In this document: piece by piece, positions 1-13,700 of the stretch | Layout: every line of letters starts with the position of its first letter | How positions within the stretch are numbered: the stretch's first letter is position 1 | DNA from: Balanoglossus misakiensis | Lineage: Eukaryota; Animalia; Hemichordata | DNA length: 64,000 bases | Reading direction: 5' to 3' | Assembly: GCA_040954595.2 (NCBI GenBank) | Contig: CM082587.2 | Span: 11,413,403-11,477,402, forward strand | Translations under genes and position numbers: made by a program | The notes under the pieces: generated by a model | Databases searched by the model: none | What the model saw: only the letters and a program-made list of their open reading frames with translations | Told to the model about the DNA's origin: nothing

Positions 1-486
1 AATAGAGCTAGAGTTTTGGTTTTTGTTGGACATGGAACAGTATGGGTCAAAAAATTTTGCCCAAATGTTTGGTGACCTCAGGTGACCTTTGACCTACTTT
101 CGCATATCTCAGCATCCAGAGCAGATACAGCCTTGGCATTTGGCAGGATGGGACCAAAATGTAAAGCCACATTTTTGGGTCACCAGAGACACCTGCTGAC
201 CTCATTAGATATGCACATACCTAATTACAGACGAACCAATAGAGCTAGAGTTTTGGTTTTTGTTGGACATGGACGAATATGGATAAAAAAAAATTTCCCA
301 AAATTTGGATGACCTCAGGTGACCTTTTACCTACTTTACTCTATTTCTGCAGCAAAAATACATACGTCCTTGTTATGTCATGAGATAAAAAACCTGATAA
401 AGCATTCTGTTTCTTCTCATTCATACTGTGCATATATAATTCCGGATCAGCGCTTGGGCCCGACAATGCTGCTTGCAGCTTTAATT
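1..486 (+). mobile_element. 3' end of a Helentron/HINE (family 1), truncated by window edge
   Basis: 3' subTIR GCGCTTGGGCCC (450-461), mini-hairpin GCTG-CTTG-CAGC, terminal TTTAATT. The last ~480 bp closely match the right end of the autonomous element (23600-24080). Confidence 0.8.
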
Positions 487-1917
487 CTTTCTTTCTTTCT
501 TTCTTTATTCTTGGTTCACTTCTTTCGCGCTCTAGATCTCAGACACCGCTGCAGGTACAGTTCTCAAACTTGCTACAGTGGTCAAGGTCAATGAGTAGAT
601 GTGCAGTGACTTGTGAATACTTAATTAGTCACGTGACATGGCGGCCATATTGGATTTTCTGAAAAAATGCAAATCTCAGATCTCAGAAACTACAAGTCAG
701 ATCGAGTTCAGATTTGGCGTGCTGGTAGTATACCCTCTGCCCATCATTTTTGTAATTGGATATTTTGCTGTAAATGTTGCAGTTTTTTTGCTACAGTTGT
801 TTTTCTGAAATCTGGTCAAAATTTCAAAAATCTTCTTCTCCAGAACCGGCGATAACCGAGTCACGCCGTTTGGGGTATGTGGTCACCTAACTGATGTCTA
901 TCAAGTTTGCGAAGATCATTGTGATTGGTCGAAGATTATGGCGGCCATATTGGATTTTCGAAAAACCATAGTAAAACTTCAAAAATCTTCTTCTCCAGAA
1001 CGGGCGATAACCGAGTCACAAGATTTGGTTTGTGTGGTCATTAAACAGATGTCTATCAAGTTTGCGAAGGGGAATGTGATTGGTCGAAGATTATGGCGGC
1101 CATATTGGATTTTGTGAAAAACGATTAAAAAGTAAAAATTCCTTTTCTAGCCTAAAAATTGATAGCACAGAAATTCTTTTTATGGATATGAATCATCATA
1201 TGACAAGAATAACCTATAAATATTTTGGTAATTTTGGCAATGACCTTTGACCTACTTTTGACGCATCATTTTTCTGCATATCTAATTCCAGGCTAACCAA
1301 TAGGGCTATAAGTTTGGTTTTTGATGTATGTGGATTGTATGTGATCAAAAAATTTTGCTACTTTTCATGACCCCTTTGACCTCTGCTGACCTCATTAAAT
1401 ATGCATATACCTAATTACAGATGAACCAATAGACCTAGAGGTTTTGTTTTTGTTATACATGGACCAGTATGGGGTCAAAATATTTTGCCCAAATGTTGGG
1501 TGACCTCGGGTGACCTTTGACCTACTTTTGCATATCTCGACATCCACACCAGATACAGCCTTGGCGTTTGGAGGTATGGGGCCATAATGAAAAGCCAAAG
1601 TTTTGGGTCACCCGTGACACCTGCTTAACTCATTATTTATGTGCATACCTAATTCCGGGCTAACCAAAAGGGCTAGAGATCTTGTTTTTGTTGGACATAG
1701 ACCACTATGGGTCAAAATATTCTGCCCAAATAATTGGTGACCTCTGGGTGACCTTTGACCTACTTAATACTATGTCAACACCAAACCTAGATATAACCTT
1801 GATATTTCATGGGATAAAACACAGCATTATGTTTCTACTCATTAATTATGTGCATATCTAATAATCAGATCAGATAATAGAGCTTGGGCCCGGACAATGC
1901 TGCTTGCAGCTTTAATT
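487..1917 (+). mobile_element. Non-autonomous HINE (family 1), 1431 bp, lacking the 5' hairpin
   Basis: Starts in the (CTTT)n tract, has ~155-bp and ~240-bp internal subrepeats, and ends GCTTGGGCCC..GCTGCTTGCAGCTTTAATT. Confidence 0.8.
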
Positions 1918-3348
1918 CTTTCTTCTTTCTTTCTTTATTCTTGTGTCAATTCTTTGTCGCTCTAGATCTCAGACACCGCTGCAGGTACACTTCTGAAACT
2001 TGCTACAGTGGTCAAGGTCAATGAGTAGTCGTGCATTGAACCTGTGAATTTTTAATTAGTCACGTGACCTGGCGGCCATATTGGATTTTCTGAAAAAATG
2101 CAAATCTCAGATCTCAGAAACTACAAGTCAGATCGACTTCAAATTTGGTGTGCAGGTAGTCTACCTTCTACCCATCATTTTTGTAATTGGATATTTTGCT
2201 GTAAATGTTGCAGTTTTTTTGCTACAATTTTTTTTCTGAAATCTGGCTTAAATTTCAAAAATCTTCTTCTCCAGAACCGGTGATAACTGAGTCACGCGGT
2301 TTGGGGTATGTGGTCACCTAACTGATGTCTATCAAGTTTGCGAAGATCATTGTGATTGGTCGAAGATTATGGCGGCCATATTGGATTTTCGAAAAACCAT
2401 AGTAAAACTTCAAAAATCTTCTTCTCAAGAACGGGCGATAACCGAGTCACAAGATTTGGTGTGTGTGGTCATTAAACAGGTGTCTATCAAGTTTGCGAAG
2501 GGGAATGTGATTGGTCGAAGATTATGGTGGCCATATTGGATTTTGTGAAAAACGATTAAAAAGTAAAAATTCCTTTTCTAGCCTAAAAATTGATAGCACA
2601 GAAATTCTTTTTATGGATATGAATCATCATATGACAAGAATAAGCTATAAATATTTTGGTAATTTTGGCAATGACCTTTGACCTACTTTTGACGCATCAT
2701 TTTTCTGCATATCTAATTCCAGGCTTACCAATAGGGCTATAAGTTTGGTTTTTGATGTACGTGGATTTGTATGTGATCAAAAAATGTTGCTACTTTTCAT
2801 GACCCCTTTGACCTGTGGTGACCTCATTAAATATGCGCATACCTAATTAATGATGAACCAATAGACCTAGAGGTTTTGTTTTTGTTATACATGGACCAGT
2901 ATGGGGTCAAAATATTTTGCCCAAATGTTGGGTGACCTCGGGTGACCTTTGACCTACTTTTGCATATCTCGACATCCACAGCAGATACAACCTTGGCGTT
3001 TGGAGGTATGGGGCCATAATGAAAAGCCAAAGTTTTGGGTCACCTTTGACACCTGCTTAACTCATTATTTATGTGCATACCTAATTCCGGGCTAACCAAA
3101 AGGGCTAGAGGTCTGGTTTTTGTTGGACATGGACCACTATGGATCAAAATTTTCTGCCCAAATTGTGGGTGACCTCTGGGTGACCTTTGACCTACTTAAC
3201 ACTATATCAACACCAAACATAGATATAACCTTGATATTTCATGGGATAAAACACAGCTATATGTTTCTACTCATTAATTATGTGCATATCTAATAATCTG
3301 ATCAGATAATAGAGCTTGGGCCCGGACAATGCTGCTTGCAGCTTTAAT
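1918..3348 (+). mobile_element. Non-autonomous HINE (family 1), 1431 bp, lacking the 5' hairpin
   Basis: Near copy of 487-1917, with the same start in the CTTT tract and the same 3' terminus. Confidence 0.8.
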
Positions 3349-4835
3349 TAGGGCCCAAGCGCAAGCCAGCGCTTGGGCCCTATTGGTTTCGTTGGGGTTT
3401 TTCTTTCTTTCTTTCTTCTTTCTTTATTCTTGTGTCAATTCTTTGTCGCTCTAGATCTCAGACACCACTGCAGGTACAGTTTTCAAACTTGCTACAGTGG
3501 TCAAGGTCAATGAGTAGTCGTGCATTGAACCCATGAATTTTTAATTAGTCACGTGACCTGGCGGCCATATTGGATTTTCTGAAAAAATGCAAATCTCAGA
3601 TCTCAGAAACTACAAGTCAGATCGACTTCAAACTTGGCGTGCAGGTAGACTACCTTCTGTCAATCATTTTTGTAATTGGAAATTATGCTGACAAAGTTGC
3701 AGTTTTTTTGCTACAATTTTTTTTCTGAAATCTGGCTTAAATTTCAAAAATCTTCTTCTCCAGAACCGGTGATAACCGAGACACGGGGTTTGGGGTATGT
3801 GGTCACCTAACTGATGTCTATCAAGTTTGCGAAGATCATTGTGATTGGTCGTAGATTTTGGCGGCCATATTGGATTTTTGAAAAACCTTAGTAAAATTTC
3901 AAAAATCTTCTTATCAAGAACCGGCGATAACCGAGTCACAAGATTTGGTGTGTGTGGTCATTAAACAGATGTCTATCAAGTTTGCGAAGAGGAATGTGAT
4001 TGGTCAAAGATTATGGCGGCCATATTGGATTTTGTGAAAAACGATTAAAAAGTAAAAATTCCCTTTCTAGCCTAAAAATTAATAGCACAGAAATTCTTTT
4101 TATGGATATGAATCATCATATGACAAGAATAAGCTATTAATATTTTGGTAATTTTGGCAATGACCTTTGACCTACTTTTGACGCATCAATTTTCTGCATA
4201 TCTAATTCCAGGCTAACCTATAGGGCTAGACATTTGGTTTTTGATGCATGTGGATTAGTGTGTGATGAAAATATTTTGCTACTTTTCACGACCCCTTTGA
4301 CCCCTGCTGACCTCATTAATTATGTGCATACCTAATTACAGATGAACCAATAGACCTAGAGGTTTGGTTTTTTTGGACATGGATCAGTATGGGGTCAAAA
4401 TATTTTGCCCAAATGTTGGGTGACCTCGGGTGACCTTTGACCTACTTTTGCATATCTCGACATCCACAGCAGATACAGCCTTGGCGTTTGGAGGTATGGG
4501 GCCATAATGAAAAGCCAAAGTTTTGGGTCACCTGTGACACCTGCTTAACTCATTATTTATGTGCATACCTAATTCCGGGCTAACCAAAAGGGCTAGAGGT
4601 CTGGTTTTTGTTGGACATGGACCACTATGGGTCAAAATTTTCTGCCCAAATTGTGGCTGACCTCTGGGTGACCTTTGACCTACTTAGCACTATATGAGCA
4701 CTAAACATAGATATAATCTTGATATTTCATGGGATAAAACACAGCATTATGTTTCTACTTATAATTATGTGCATATCTAATAATCAGATCAGATAATAGA
4801 GCTTGGGCCCGGACAATGCTGCTTGCAGCTTTAAT
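3349..4835 (+). mobile_element. Full-length non-autonomous HINE (DINE-1-like architecture), ~1487 bp
   Basis: 5' subTIR/IR hairpin TAGGGCCCAAGCGC-aagcca-GCGCTTGGGCCCTA (3349-3382), then (CTTT)n microsatellite, internal subrepeats, 3' subTIR, 3' mini-hairpin and T-rich ends. No TSD. Confidence 0.85.
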
Positions 4836-4998
4836 TGATAATTGTTATTACACCTCTACTATTGTTTGTTCCATGCGAAAACCAACAGCGACCATTAAAT
4901 TGAGTTGACCAAAAGTGAACATCGTCTTTTACACTGTGGGTTTCTTGTAAGAAAGTAAATGTGGGGTTCTTACTATTTAACCAACATCCAAGTTTTTT
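4836..4998 (-). pseudogene. Internal fragment of L1/Tx1 LINE ORF2 (endonuclease), copy 1
   Basis: Reverse complement of 37174-37336, stranded between two Helentron-family insertions. Confidence 0.9.
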
Positions 4999-5266
4999 TA
5001 GGGCCCAAGCGCAAGCAAGCGCTTGGGCCCTATTGGTTTCGTTGGGGTTTTTCTTTCTTTCTTTCTTTCTTTCTTTATTCTCCTGTCCATTTTTTATCGC
5101 TCTAGATCTCAGACACCGCTGCAGGTACAGTTCTCAAACTTGCTACAGTGGTCAAGGTCAATGAGTAGTCGTGCATTGAACCCGTGAATTTTTAATTAGT
5201 CACGTGACATGGCGGCCATATTGGATTTTCTGAAAAAATGCAAATCTCAGATCTCAGAAACTACAA

Positions 5267-6338
5267 GTCAGATTGACTTCAGATTTGGCGTGCTGATAGT
5301 GTACCTTCTGCCCATCATTTTTGTAATTGGATATTTTGCTGTCAATGTTGCAGTTTTTTTGCTACAGTTGTTTTTCTGAAATCTGGTCAAAATTTCAAAA
5401 ATCTTCTTCTGCAGAACCGGCGATAACGGAGTCACGCGGTTTGGGGTATGGGGTCACCTAACTGAGGTCTATCAAGTTTGCGAAGATCATTGTGATTGGT
5501 CGAAGATTATGGCGGCCATATTGGATTTTCGAAAAACCATAGTAAAACTCCCAAAATCTTCTTCTCCAGAACAGGCGATAACTGAGTCACAAGATTCGGG
5601 GAGTATGGTCACTACACTGATGTCTATCAAGTTTGCAAAGAACATTGTGATTGGTCGAAGATTATGGCGGCCATATTGGAATTTGTAAAAAGCATAAAAA
5701 AAAATTGAAATTCCTTTTTCTAGTCTAAAAATTGATAGCATAGAAATTCTTTGTATGGGTATCAATCGTCATGTGACTAAAATATGTTACAAATTTTTGG
5801 CGATTTTTCACATGACCTTTGACCTACTTTTCACATGTTATTTTTTCTGCATATCTAATTCCAGGCTAACCTATAGGGCTAGATATTTGGTTTTTGATGC
5901 ATGTGGATAAGTGTGTGATCAAAATATTTTGCTACTTTCCATGACCCCTTTGACCTCTGCTTACCTCATTAATTATGTGCATAGCTAATTACAGGCGAAC
6001 CAATAGAGCTAGAGGTTTGGTTTTTGTTGGACATGGACCAGTATGGGATCAAAATTTTTTGCCCAAATGTTGGGTGACCTCTGGTGACCTTTGACCTACT
6101 TTCGCATATCTCAACATCCAGAGCAGATACAGCCTTGGCATTTGGCAGGATGGGACACCTAAATGTAAAGCCAAATTTTTGGCTCATCTGTGACACCTGC
6201 TGACCTCATTAAATATGCACATACCTAATTACACGCGAACCAATAGAGCTAGAGTTTTGGTTTTTGTTGGACATGGCCCAGCATGGGTCAAAAAATTTTG
6301 CCCAAATGTTGGGTGACCTCAGTGACCTTTAACCTACT
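5267..6338 (+). repeat. Left copy of ~1.07-kb direct terminal repeat of the Helentron (followed by decaying ~240-bp subrepeats to ~7100)
   Basis: Colinear with 22861-23931; for example, AAGATTCGGGGAGTATGGTCACTACACTG and ATCAATCGTCATGTGACTAAAAT occur in both. Confidence 0.8.
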
Positions 6339-9300
6339 TTCTTATATCTTTGCATCCACTGCAGGTACAGGCTTAGCATTTGGAGGGATGGAACACCTGA
6401 CCGAGCCTCACACTTTACCCTATTAATTATTATTCCAAGCGAACCAAAGAGGTGTGTTTTTGTTGAACATGGACCAATCTGTGTTCAAAAGTTTTTGCCG
6501 AAATTTTGGATGACCTAGGGTGACCTTTAACCTACTTTACCATATCTCGGCACCAACAGCAGCTACAGCCTTGTCCTTTCGAGGGATGAGATCAAAATTA
6601 AATGGCAAATTTTGGGGTCACCTGTGACACTTGCTTGACTGATTAATTATGTGCATACCTGATTCCAGGCCAATCAAACGGACTAGAGGTCTGTTTTTTG
6701 TTGAACATGGACCAGTATGGGGTCACAAGCTTTTGTCCAAATTTCGAGTGACCTGAGCTGACCTTAAACCTGCTTTCCCATATCTCGGCATCCACAGGAA
6801 ATACATCCTTGGCTTTTTGATGGATGGGACAAAAATGAAAAGCCAAATGTTGGGGTAATCTGTGACACCTTCTTAACCTCATTAATTATGTACATACCTA
6901 ATTACAGGCTAACCAACACAGCTAGCAGTTTCGTTTTAGTTGGACATGGACCAGTATGGCATCAAAATATTTTGGACCAAATTTTGGGTGAACTTTGACC
7001 TACTTTTCCAAAACTCGGCATCTAAGGCAGATACGGTCTTAGCATTTGGAGGGATTTAACAACTCATGTTGTCAGACACCTTACCATATTAAATTTTACG
7101 CTGACCAATAGTGGCAGAAGGAAAGCTGGGACCAGTATAGGACCAAATTTGTGACAATTCTTTGGGTAACCTTGGGATGACGTTTTACTTTTCATTATCT
7201 TGATATGTTGAAACACATAATGCGTTCTTATACTTCACCTCCTTCTTTTGCCTATAACAAATAGTATCCTTAAAAATAAGAGGGCTTACATGTTTTGTGG
7301 TTTGGATCTGTACTAGTATGTGACAACATTATTTGAGAAATGTTTGTGTGACCTTCCAGTTTCCTTTATCTCGGTATCCGGAAAATCTACCAAACAAGAT
7401 ATATTGTACAGAGTACAGAGAGACACGAAAGTGAGACGTGGACATTTTGTTTTAAGTGGTCAGCGACCTATAATGTAGACTAAAATAAAGAAATGACTAC
7501 AGTAAAAGGCTTCTGTTAAAAAGCAATGATTAAACTTACAGGTTTGTCTGAAGCACGTAAAACAAACGGTTGACTTCAGTTGAGGTTTATTTTTGTTATT
7601 GCAAGAAACTAAAAACACAAATTAGAATTGTTCACAATTTTAAGCTATGATATCCAGCTGACAATGGCCAAGTATAATAATAACTAAATAAAAAGTTCAG
7701 ACACTGTTTAAATTCTGAAAAAGAGGAGTAGTGAAATTGATTTATTCGATACAGTGCATATTTAACACGGCAAATACTTAAGAACATATATGTTTTATGA
7801 GGACATATCTAGTATACAACACAACAAGTCTGACCTTGAAAAAAGTCTACTTGATTTTTAAAATACAGTTCAGCATATCCTTTAAGACCTTTCTTGTTGT
7901 GCACAATTCTAGAAAATTGGGACATAGCATTGACAGAAATAGTCAATAAACATAATCTGACAACTTGATTGTCTACAAGCCTTAATTGCAGATCATTTGT
8001 TAAAGGGACAAAGTAGCTTTTGTTTGCCCTTTTTGATATCATTCAAGAATACAGAGAATACCTTCATAAAGTCACTCACTGTGCAATATAATGTCAGTGC
8101 ATAACCTAAAAAGGGGTCAGTAAATACCCCTTTGCTGTATGTAAAGTTGTGATTTTGTGTGTGATATGAAATGAACTAACTGTACCAAAGTATGTTTCCT
8201 TATGACAAATAACAGTGTACATGACAGTTATACATGAAGGAATACTACACTCTGAGATCTCATGCCAAGATCCATGTGGTCTAAATAGTTTGCAACACTG
8301 GCTATATATTCAAATACATGGATAAAAGTTTAGCTAACAGTGAAAAACTGGGTGGACATCATATATTATTTATCTGAATGTTCAATCTTGTATGTTGATA
8401 TACAAGCATAGTTCACCAGTACAGTACTGTACTGGTAAACACAGAGCATTAATCCTTTGAGTCGCTGCACACACACACAGTTTATTGGGCTGTTCACAAT
8501 ACTCAAAAAAGGCTAGGAACTTGTCCTAGCAAGGTCCGTGGCCGAGCAAATAAACAGGTGTGAACAGGTCTTGCCGACCCTTGTCCGGACAATTTTGGTC
8601 CCAGTTGAATGGGGTGGTTTGTATCCTACTCTGGTCCGACTCTGGTCTCGGCACGGTGTGTGTGGACACATTTTGTCCGACTCTGGTCCCAGTTGACACC
8701 TTTTACATTTGACATAACAGTGTAGTCTATCGTTTGACAATGGCGAAAATCGAATAAACAGCCAGAAGAGTACCAACATGGTTCTGCTTTATAAGGTCAA
8801 AGGTTGGCGAGACAACGCCGGCCAGGACTGTGCCAAACACAATGTGAACAAGGACTAAACATTAGCTTATCTTGTCACAATCATAGGGATTAGTTGTGCC
8901 CGGCCAAGGGCCCAGATGTGAACCCACTTAAGGGCGCTGAGGCTTAGTCCCATAGACATTGGGTTACGGAGTGGTGTTAATTCTTTACACCGGCTCAGGT
9001 CTGACCGGCAAAGCCGTCTCAAATCTGAGACATTTCAGAACCACTATACACCGTCCACACATGATTATGTAAGATATCTGATCTGAGACACTTCACAGCC
9101 ATCTTAATGGTGTGTATGTGACCCCATACAATTCACCATGTTTCAAGAAGTCAAACAACAGGTCCAGTTTTGAATATTAAGTTGACAGAAAATGAAAATA
9201 TGTAATTATTTGATAAAAACCATGCTTGATAATAAAAATGACAATTTCAAAAATTTCAAATCATGTTATAAAATAACTATCTTGACTCAAAATTGGTTAT

Positions 9301-9703
9301 TTACATGGAATACCAAACATCAAGAAACTTATTTCAGAATAAAAAGTACAATTTGAATTATTTCTATTACTCTCATAATGCAGGCAAATATCTTTACTGT
9401 AATAAAAAATCATCCAGTACAATAAGTTGTTCAAAATACAGTATTTGATGTATCTTTTTACAAAATCCAATATATACACTATACCACACAGTATTAAAGG
9501 CAGTTGAATTATGTACATGTACTCAATATTGCATAGCATATGATCAAACAAACAAATGTACACACGGAAGTGAATACCCCATGATGTAGCAATGAAATTG
9601 TTCAATTGTAATTATATCATACCAAGCAAGAATGTAAATTGTTCTAGAATACTTTCTTTATTTAACATAGATTTTATATATACATAGAAAATGACTATAC
9701 ATT

Positions 9704-9788
9704 CATACATACATACATACATACATACATACATACATACATACACATACATACATGCCTGCATGCATGAAACAGACAGACAGACAGA
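9704..9788 (+). repeat. (CATA)n followed by (AGAC)n microsatellites
   Basis: Directly visible tetranucleotide runs. Confidence 0.9.
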
Positions 9789-10777
9789 CTGACAACTCAT
9801 TAAGGCATGTAGACAACCTGTCTTAATTACCCTGTCCTCCCCCAGAGTTTATACTTTTTTCTGAAAGTTAAATCACATCGTGTTAGACAAATTATTTGTG
9901 GTTGGTGTATCGCTACCTTATCGTTACCTTATCGAGAGCAATCTGGTGGTCAATATTATTTTGCGGTAAGGTAAATACATGTTATGTAAAATGTTGATTT
10001 CAGCTTTCTCATATTATGAGTATTGCAGGGAAAGTTATTGGCTGCTGTCATAATTCTCTGGCATATAAGTACGATAAGGCAGTTGAACAACATGCACATA
10101 ATATTTCTACAGATCCTGAACACCCACTTTAAAATATCTTTCAAAATCTCCAATTATGGACATGCTACAGAGTTCAATTTATCAGGAAACAGTTCCTTTG
10201 GAAAACAGTTTTCCGAATAGCTGTATCTATTTGAAATTCAAGTTTCATCCTTTTTTAGTTTTATCCAGTGCTGCAGATGTGCTTTTCATCATGTTGTCTT
10301 TTTTGTGTCTGTGTATATACATTGTTATCAAAATGTCATTTATCCTGAATTTATAACTGATTGATGAGCCTGAAGACAAGTTGCACAGCTATTGTTGACA
10401 ATTAAGTATTTGAATTGATTTATGGTAGTAGCCAGTATAAGAACATTTAACCTCTTGCTGGGTAGTTTTGCTTTTATCTAGTCTCACTCCCAGACCTCAT
10501 TGCTGTTCACCATAGTGTGCAACTGGCAGTATGACGAGGCAAGGAGCGCAGCGACAAGTACAAGTCGCCCGCCAAATCAGATCACTTGCCTGGTCATGTC
10601 CTACCACCAGAGGCACACACTTTGCCTTGGTGAAGCAACAAGGTCTGGTACCATCACTCAGCTTTTCCGTAACAAGGCCATTATTAAATCATGTACCTGA
10701 ATGAGGTTATTCCTCGCGTTGGGTTATATCTTTATTTTTGTAATAATACTGATTTTATTTCAAAACACAAGTCTAAA

Positions 10778-13700
10778 TTAATATATTTTGATGCTTATTG
10801 CTTCATGAAAGCTGAAGTATTTTGGTACAACATTTACTGTCACATTTTTTACTCCTTTCACATACACATGATCAATCAATGTATTAGCTTCTGTAGTTGG
10901 TTCGCTTACAGTTTGTCTGAAACCATGATCTTCCATGAACTTTACAAGTGATGACCGGGTCAAGATATCTTCATTGAAATCACCCATGATCAGTTTGCCT
11001 CCTGGGTATTTTTCCATTGCTTTCACCAAACAAACGAAACTACTTTTGAATGCCTCTGCTTTGTATGATGGTGGTCTGTAAACTACAGCTACTGTAACAT
11101 TGATTTTAGTGACATAAAATGAAATACATTCCAAATTACACACAGCCAAATGCAAAATTTCAAAATCATTACATAATTTGCTATAGACTCCAACACCACC
11201 CCGCTGTTGCAACTGTAGACTTGATGTATTTGTATCAAATTCATTGTAGGATTGAGATCGAGGTTTGTGATTGAATTCAAATCCGCCCAATTGCAAATTA
11301 CAATGTGTTCCTTTTTCAGATAACCATGTCTCTGTCAAACAAATGAAGTCTGCTTCCAAATATTCACTGTCATTGCAAATATCTTTAATGTGATTGACAA
11401 GTCCCTCCACATTATGCAATACAAATGAGCATGTATAATTACTCTGTTCTCTCTGAGTACACTTGGGAAGAAACTTTGGCATTGTTTCCAGGGCTTCTTG
11501 GACCTTTTCATTGCAATATATGGATGATGTGTTGAAGTCATTAATAATAAGACCATCTAATGATGTCACTCGACTCAATGCCACGTATGCCTGTCCTGGT
11601 GCAAACATCTTCTTCAAATTAACAACAGCTTTTTCAACTGTCAATCCCTGTACCTTATGCACTGTACATGCCCAAGCTAGTTTTAAAGGAAACTGCCTCC
11701 TTATACCACCATTACTTGCAACTGACATTTCCTGAGGTTCTATAGGGGTACTGTTTACTGGAAGGTCAGATATAGTTATAGGCTTCTTTTTACGCAATCC
11801 TTGGCCAACTTTCTCATTATCAAATACAACATAAATGGCAGCTGGGAATTTTTCATTTGGTTTTACTGCAATGTGACATACTGTGCCAAATACGCCATTC
11901 ACCAAACCATCAGCAACATCAATGTTATGCGTCAATTGGACTCGTGCACCAACAGCTAGAGTAAGAGTCTTTGGCAAAGTTGTCCTGTACACTTTGACAT
12001 GGTGACCTTCCTTTTTTTCTAGTCTTCCACTTTTAGGATTCCTGCTAAAATCTTCTGCTTCAATACACACAGGATCAGAACATTGAGAATGAAGCATTTC
12101 AACATTACAGCTATTAACCTCTGCATTTGTAGCAAAAACATGCATTGCCTCAGATGTTTCACCAGTAACACACTTTTGAAACATTGCCACATCACCATCT
12201 TTGAGTGTGTCCCCTTTCTTGTGAACTCTTACTCGATTTAGTGCCTCTGCAAATGCACAGTCTTTCTGTCTCATTATTTCAGTTAATTCTACCATACTGA
12301 AATTATCATTCCACAGATTGACGGATTCACGGTCTATGCACAGTGGACTTGCTTTTACAGGCGGGAGTTGATAAAAATCACCCACAGCAATAACACAGAC
12401 ATTCCCAAATGGTGACTGAGCCGATGACTGTTTGATTTGTCGTAGTCTTCCATGAACATAGTACAGTAACTTTTTGTCTACCATAGAAATCTCATCTATT
12501 ATCAAAATGTGCAGGTTACCAAACTTGCAACGAAGAGTATTGAGCTTTTCTTCACGTAATGGCTGATATGGCAACTTTGAGTCAACTGCTATGGAGAATA
12601 TATGATGGAGAGTTGTGCCTTGTACATTAAAAGCTGCTACTCCTGTTGGTGCAGTTAAAGCAATAGAAATTCCATCCACATCTGGCATTGCACGAGCTAG
12701 AATTCGTTTGGCTTCGTGATATATGGCTTTGATTAAGTGACTTTTCCCAGTACCAGCACCACCAGTGACAAACAAATAAAAGGGTTCTGGATTCTTGCCA
12801 TTGCTTTTGTCCAAACACCACTTCCTGACAGTGTAAAACACTTCTGCTTGTTTCTTGTTCAAAGATCTACACATTGCTTCAACCTCATATTTCTTCATTG
12901 AATGTGAAATTTCTACATGACAATCTTCACCTTTGGGTTTTTGTACCAAATCTGGAATATCACTGTCATCCACCGGATCATTATCACAGCACTTTTTACC
13001 TTCTTCAATGCATTCCAATCGTTCTAATTCATTTTCTGGACATATTTGTGCCCATGCATCTTCAAGATGGCCATTATCATCAAGAAATTGTCCAGCTGCA
13101 TCAATAGCTTCAGCCTCTGTTTCAAATAATGCTTTATTGGCATCTACGATCATTTTAACCTTTTCTAAAGAAGCAGAGCCACATTTCACTGCACCAAGAC
13201 AATAGAAATCCTCATACGATTCAAATCCACTAGGTTTCAGTTGTAATTCAGTACGATATGGGAGAAACAGTTGTAATATACTGCCATAGTGCTTTTCTGG
13301 ATATTTGGTAACAGAAAATCTAGCATATCTCACAACAGCCCCATCACTTCTGGATCTTTTCTGCATGTAACCAACATCGTTTTTCAACTTTACTATTGGA
13401 CTGTGGCGTTTTTCATTACTCACATTTTTCATTTCTGATTTTGAAACCACTCTGTATTCAGAACAAAATGTGGCAAGACACATGTTGTCGAAATCTACCC
13501 CATTTGGTCTGTTCTTGTACCTGTCAACAATGCTATTCATCCATATCTCCTCCTCGTCAAAATCATCACCATTCACTTTCTTCTGTATTGCTTTTAATGG
13601 CAAACTCATTTTGATTTGATTTTCTCCTGTTGGAATAAACTGAACTTTTCGTGATGATTGTTTCAGTTTCAAACCACATACCCTATACACAGCTTCTTGG

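Noticed and set aside
82-6882. Short ORFs in HINE units
   Set aside because: Chance frames in non-coding subrepeats, with inconsistent length among copies.
8487-8930. Possible Harbinger-like MITE (GGGCTGTTCACA...TGTGAACCCAC)
   Set aside because: The TIR match is only ~7 bp and there is no convincing TSD.
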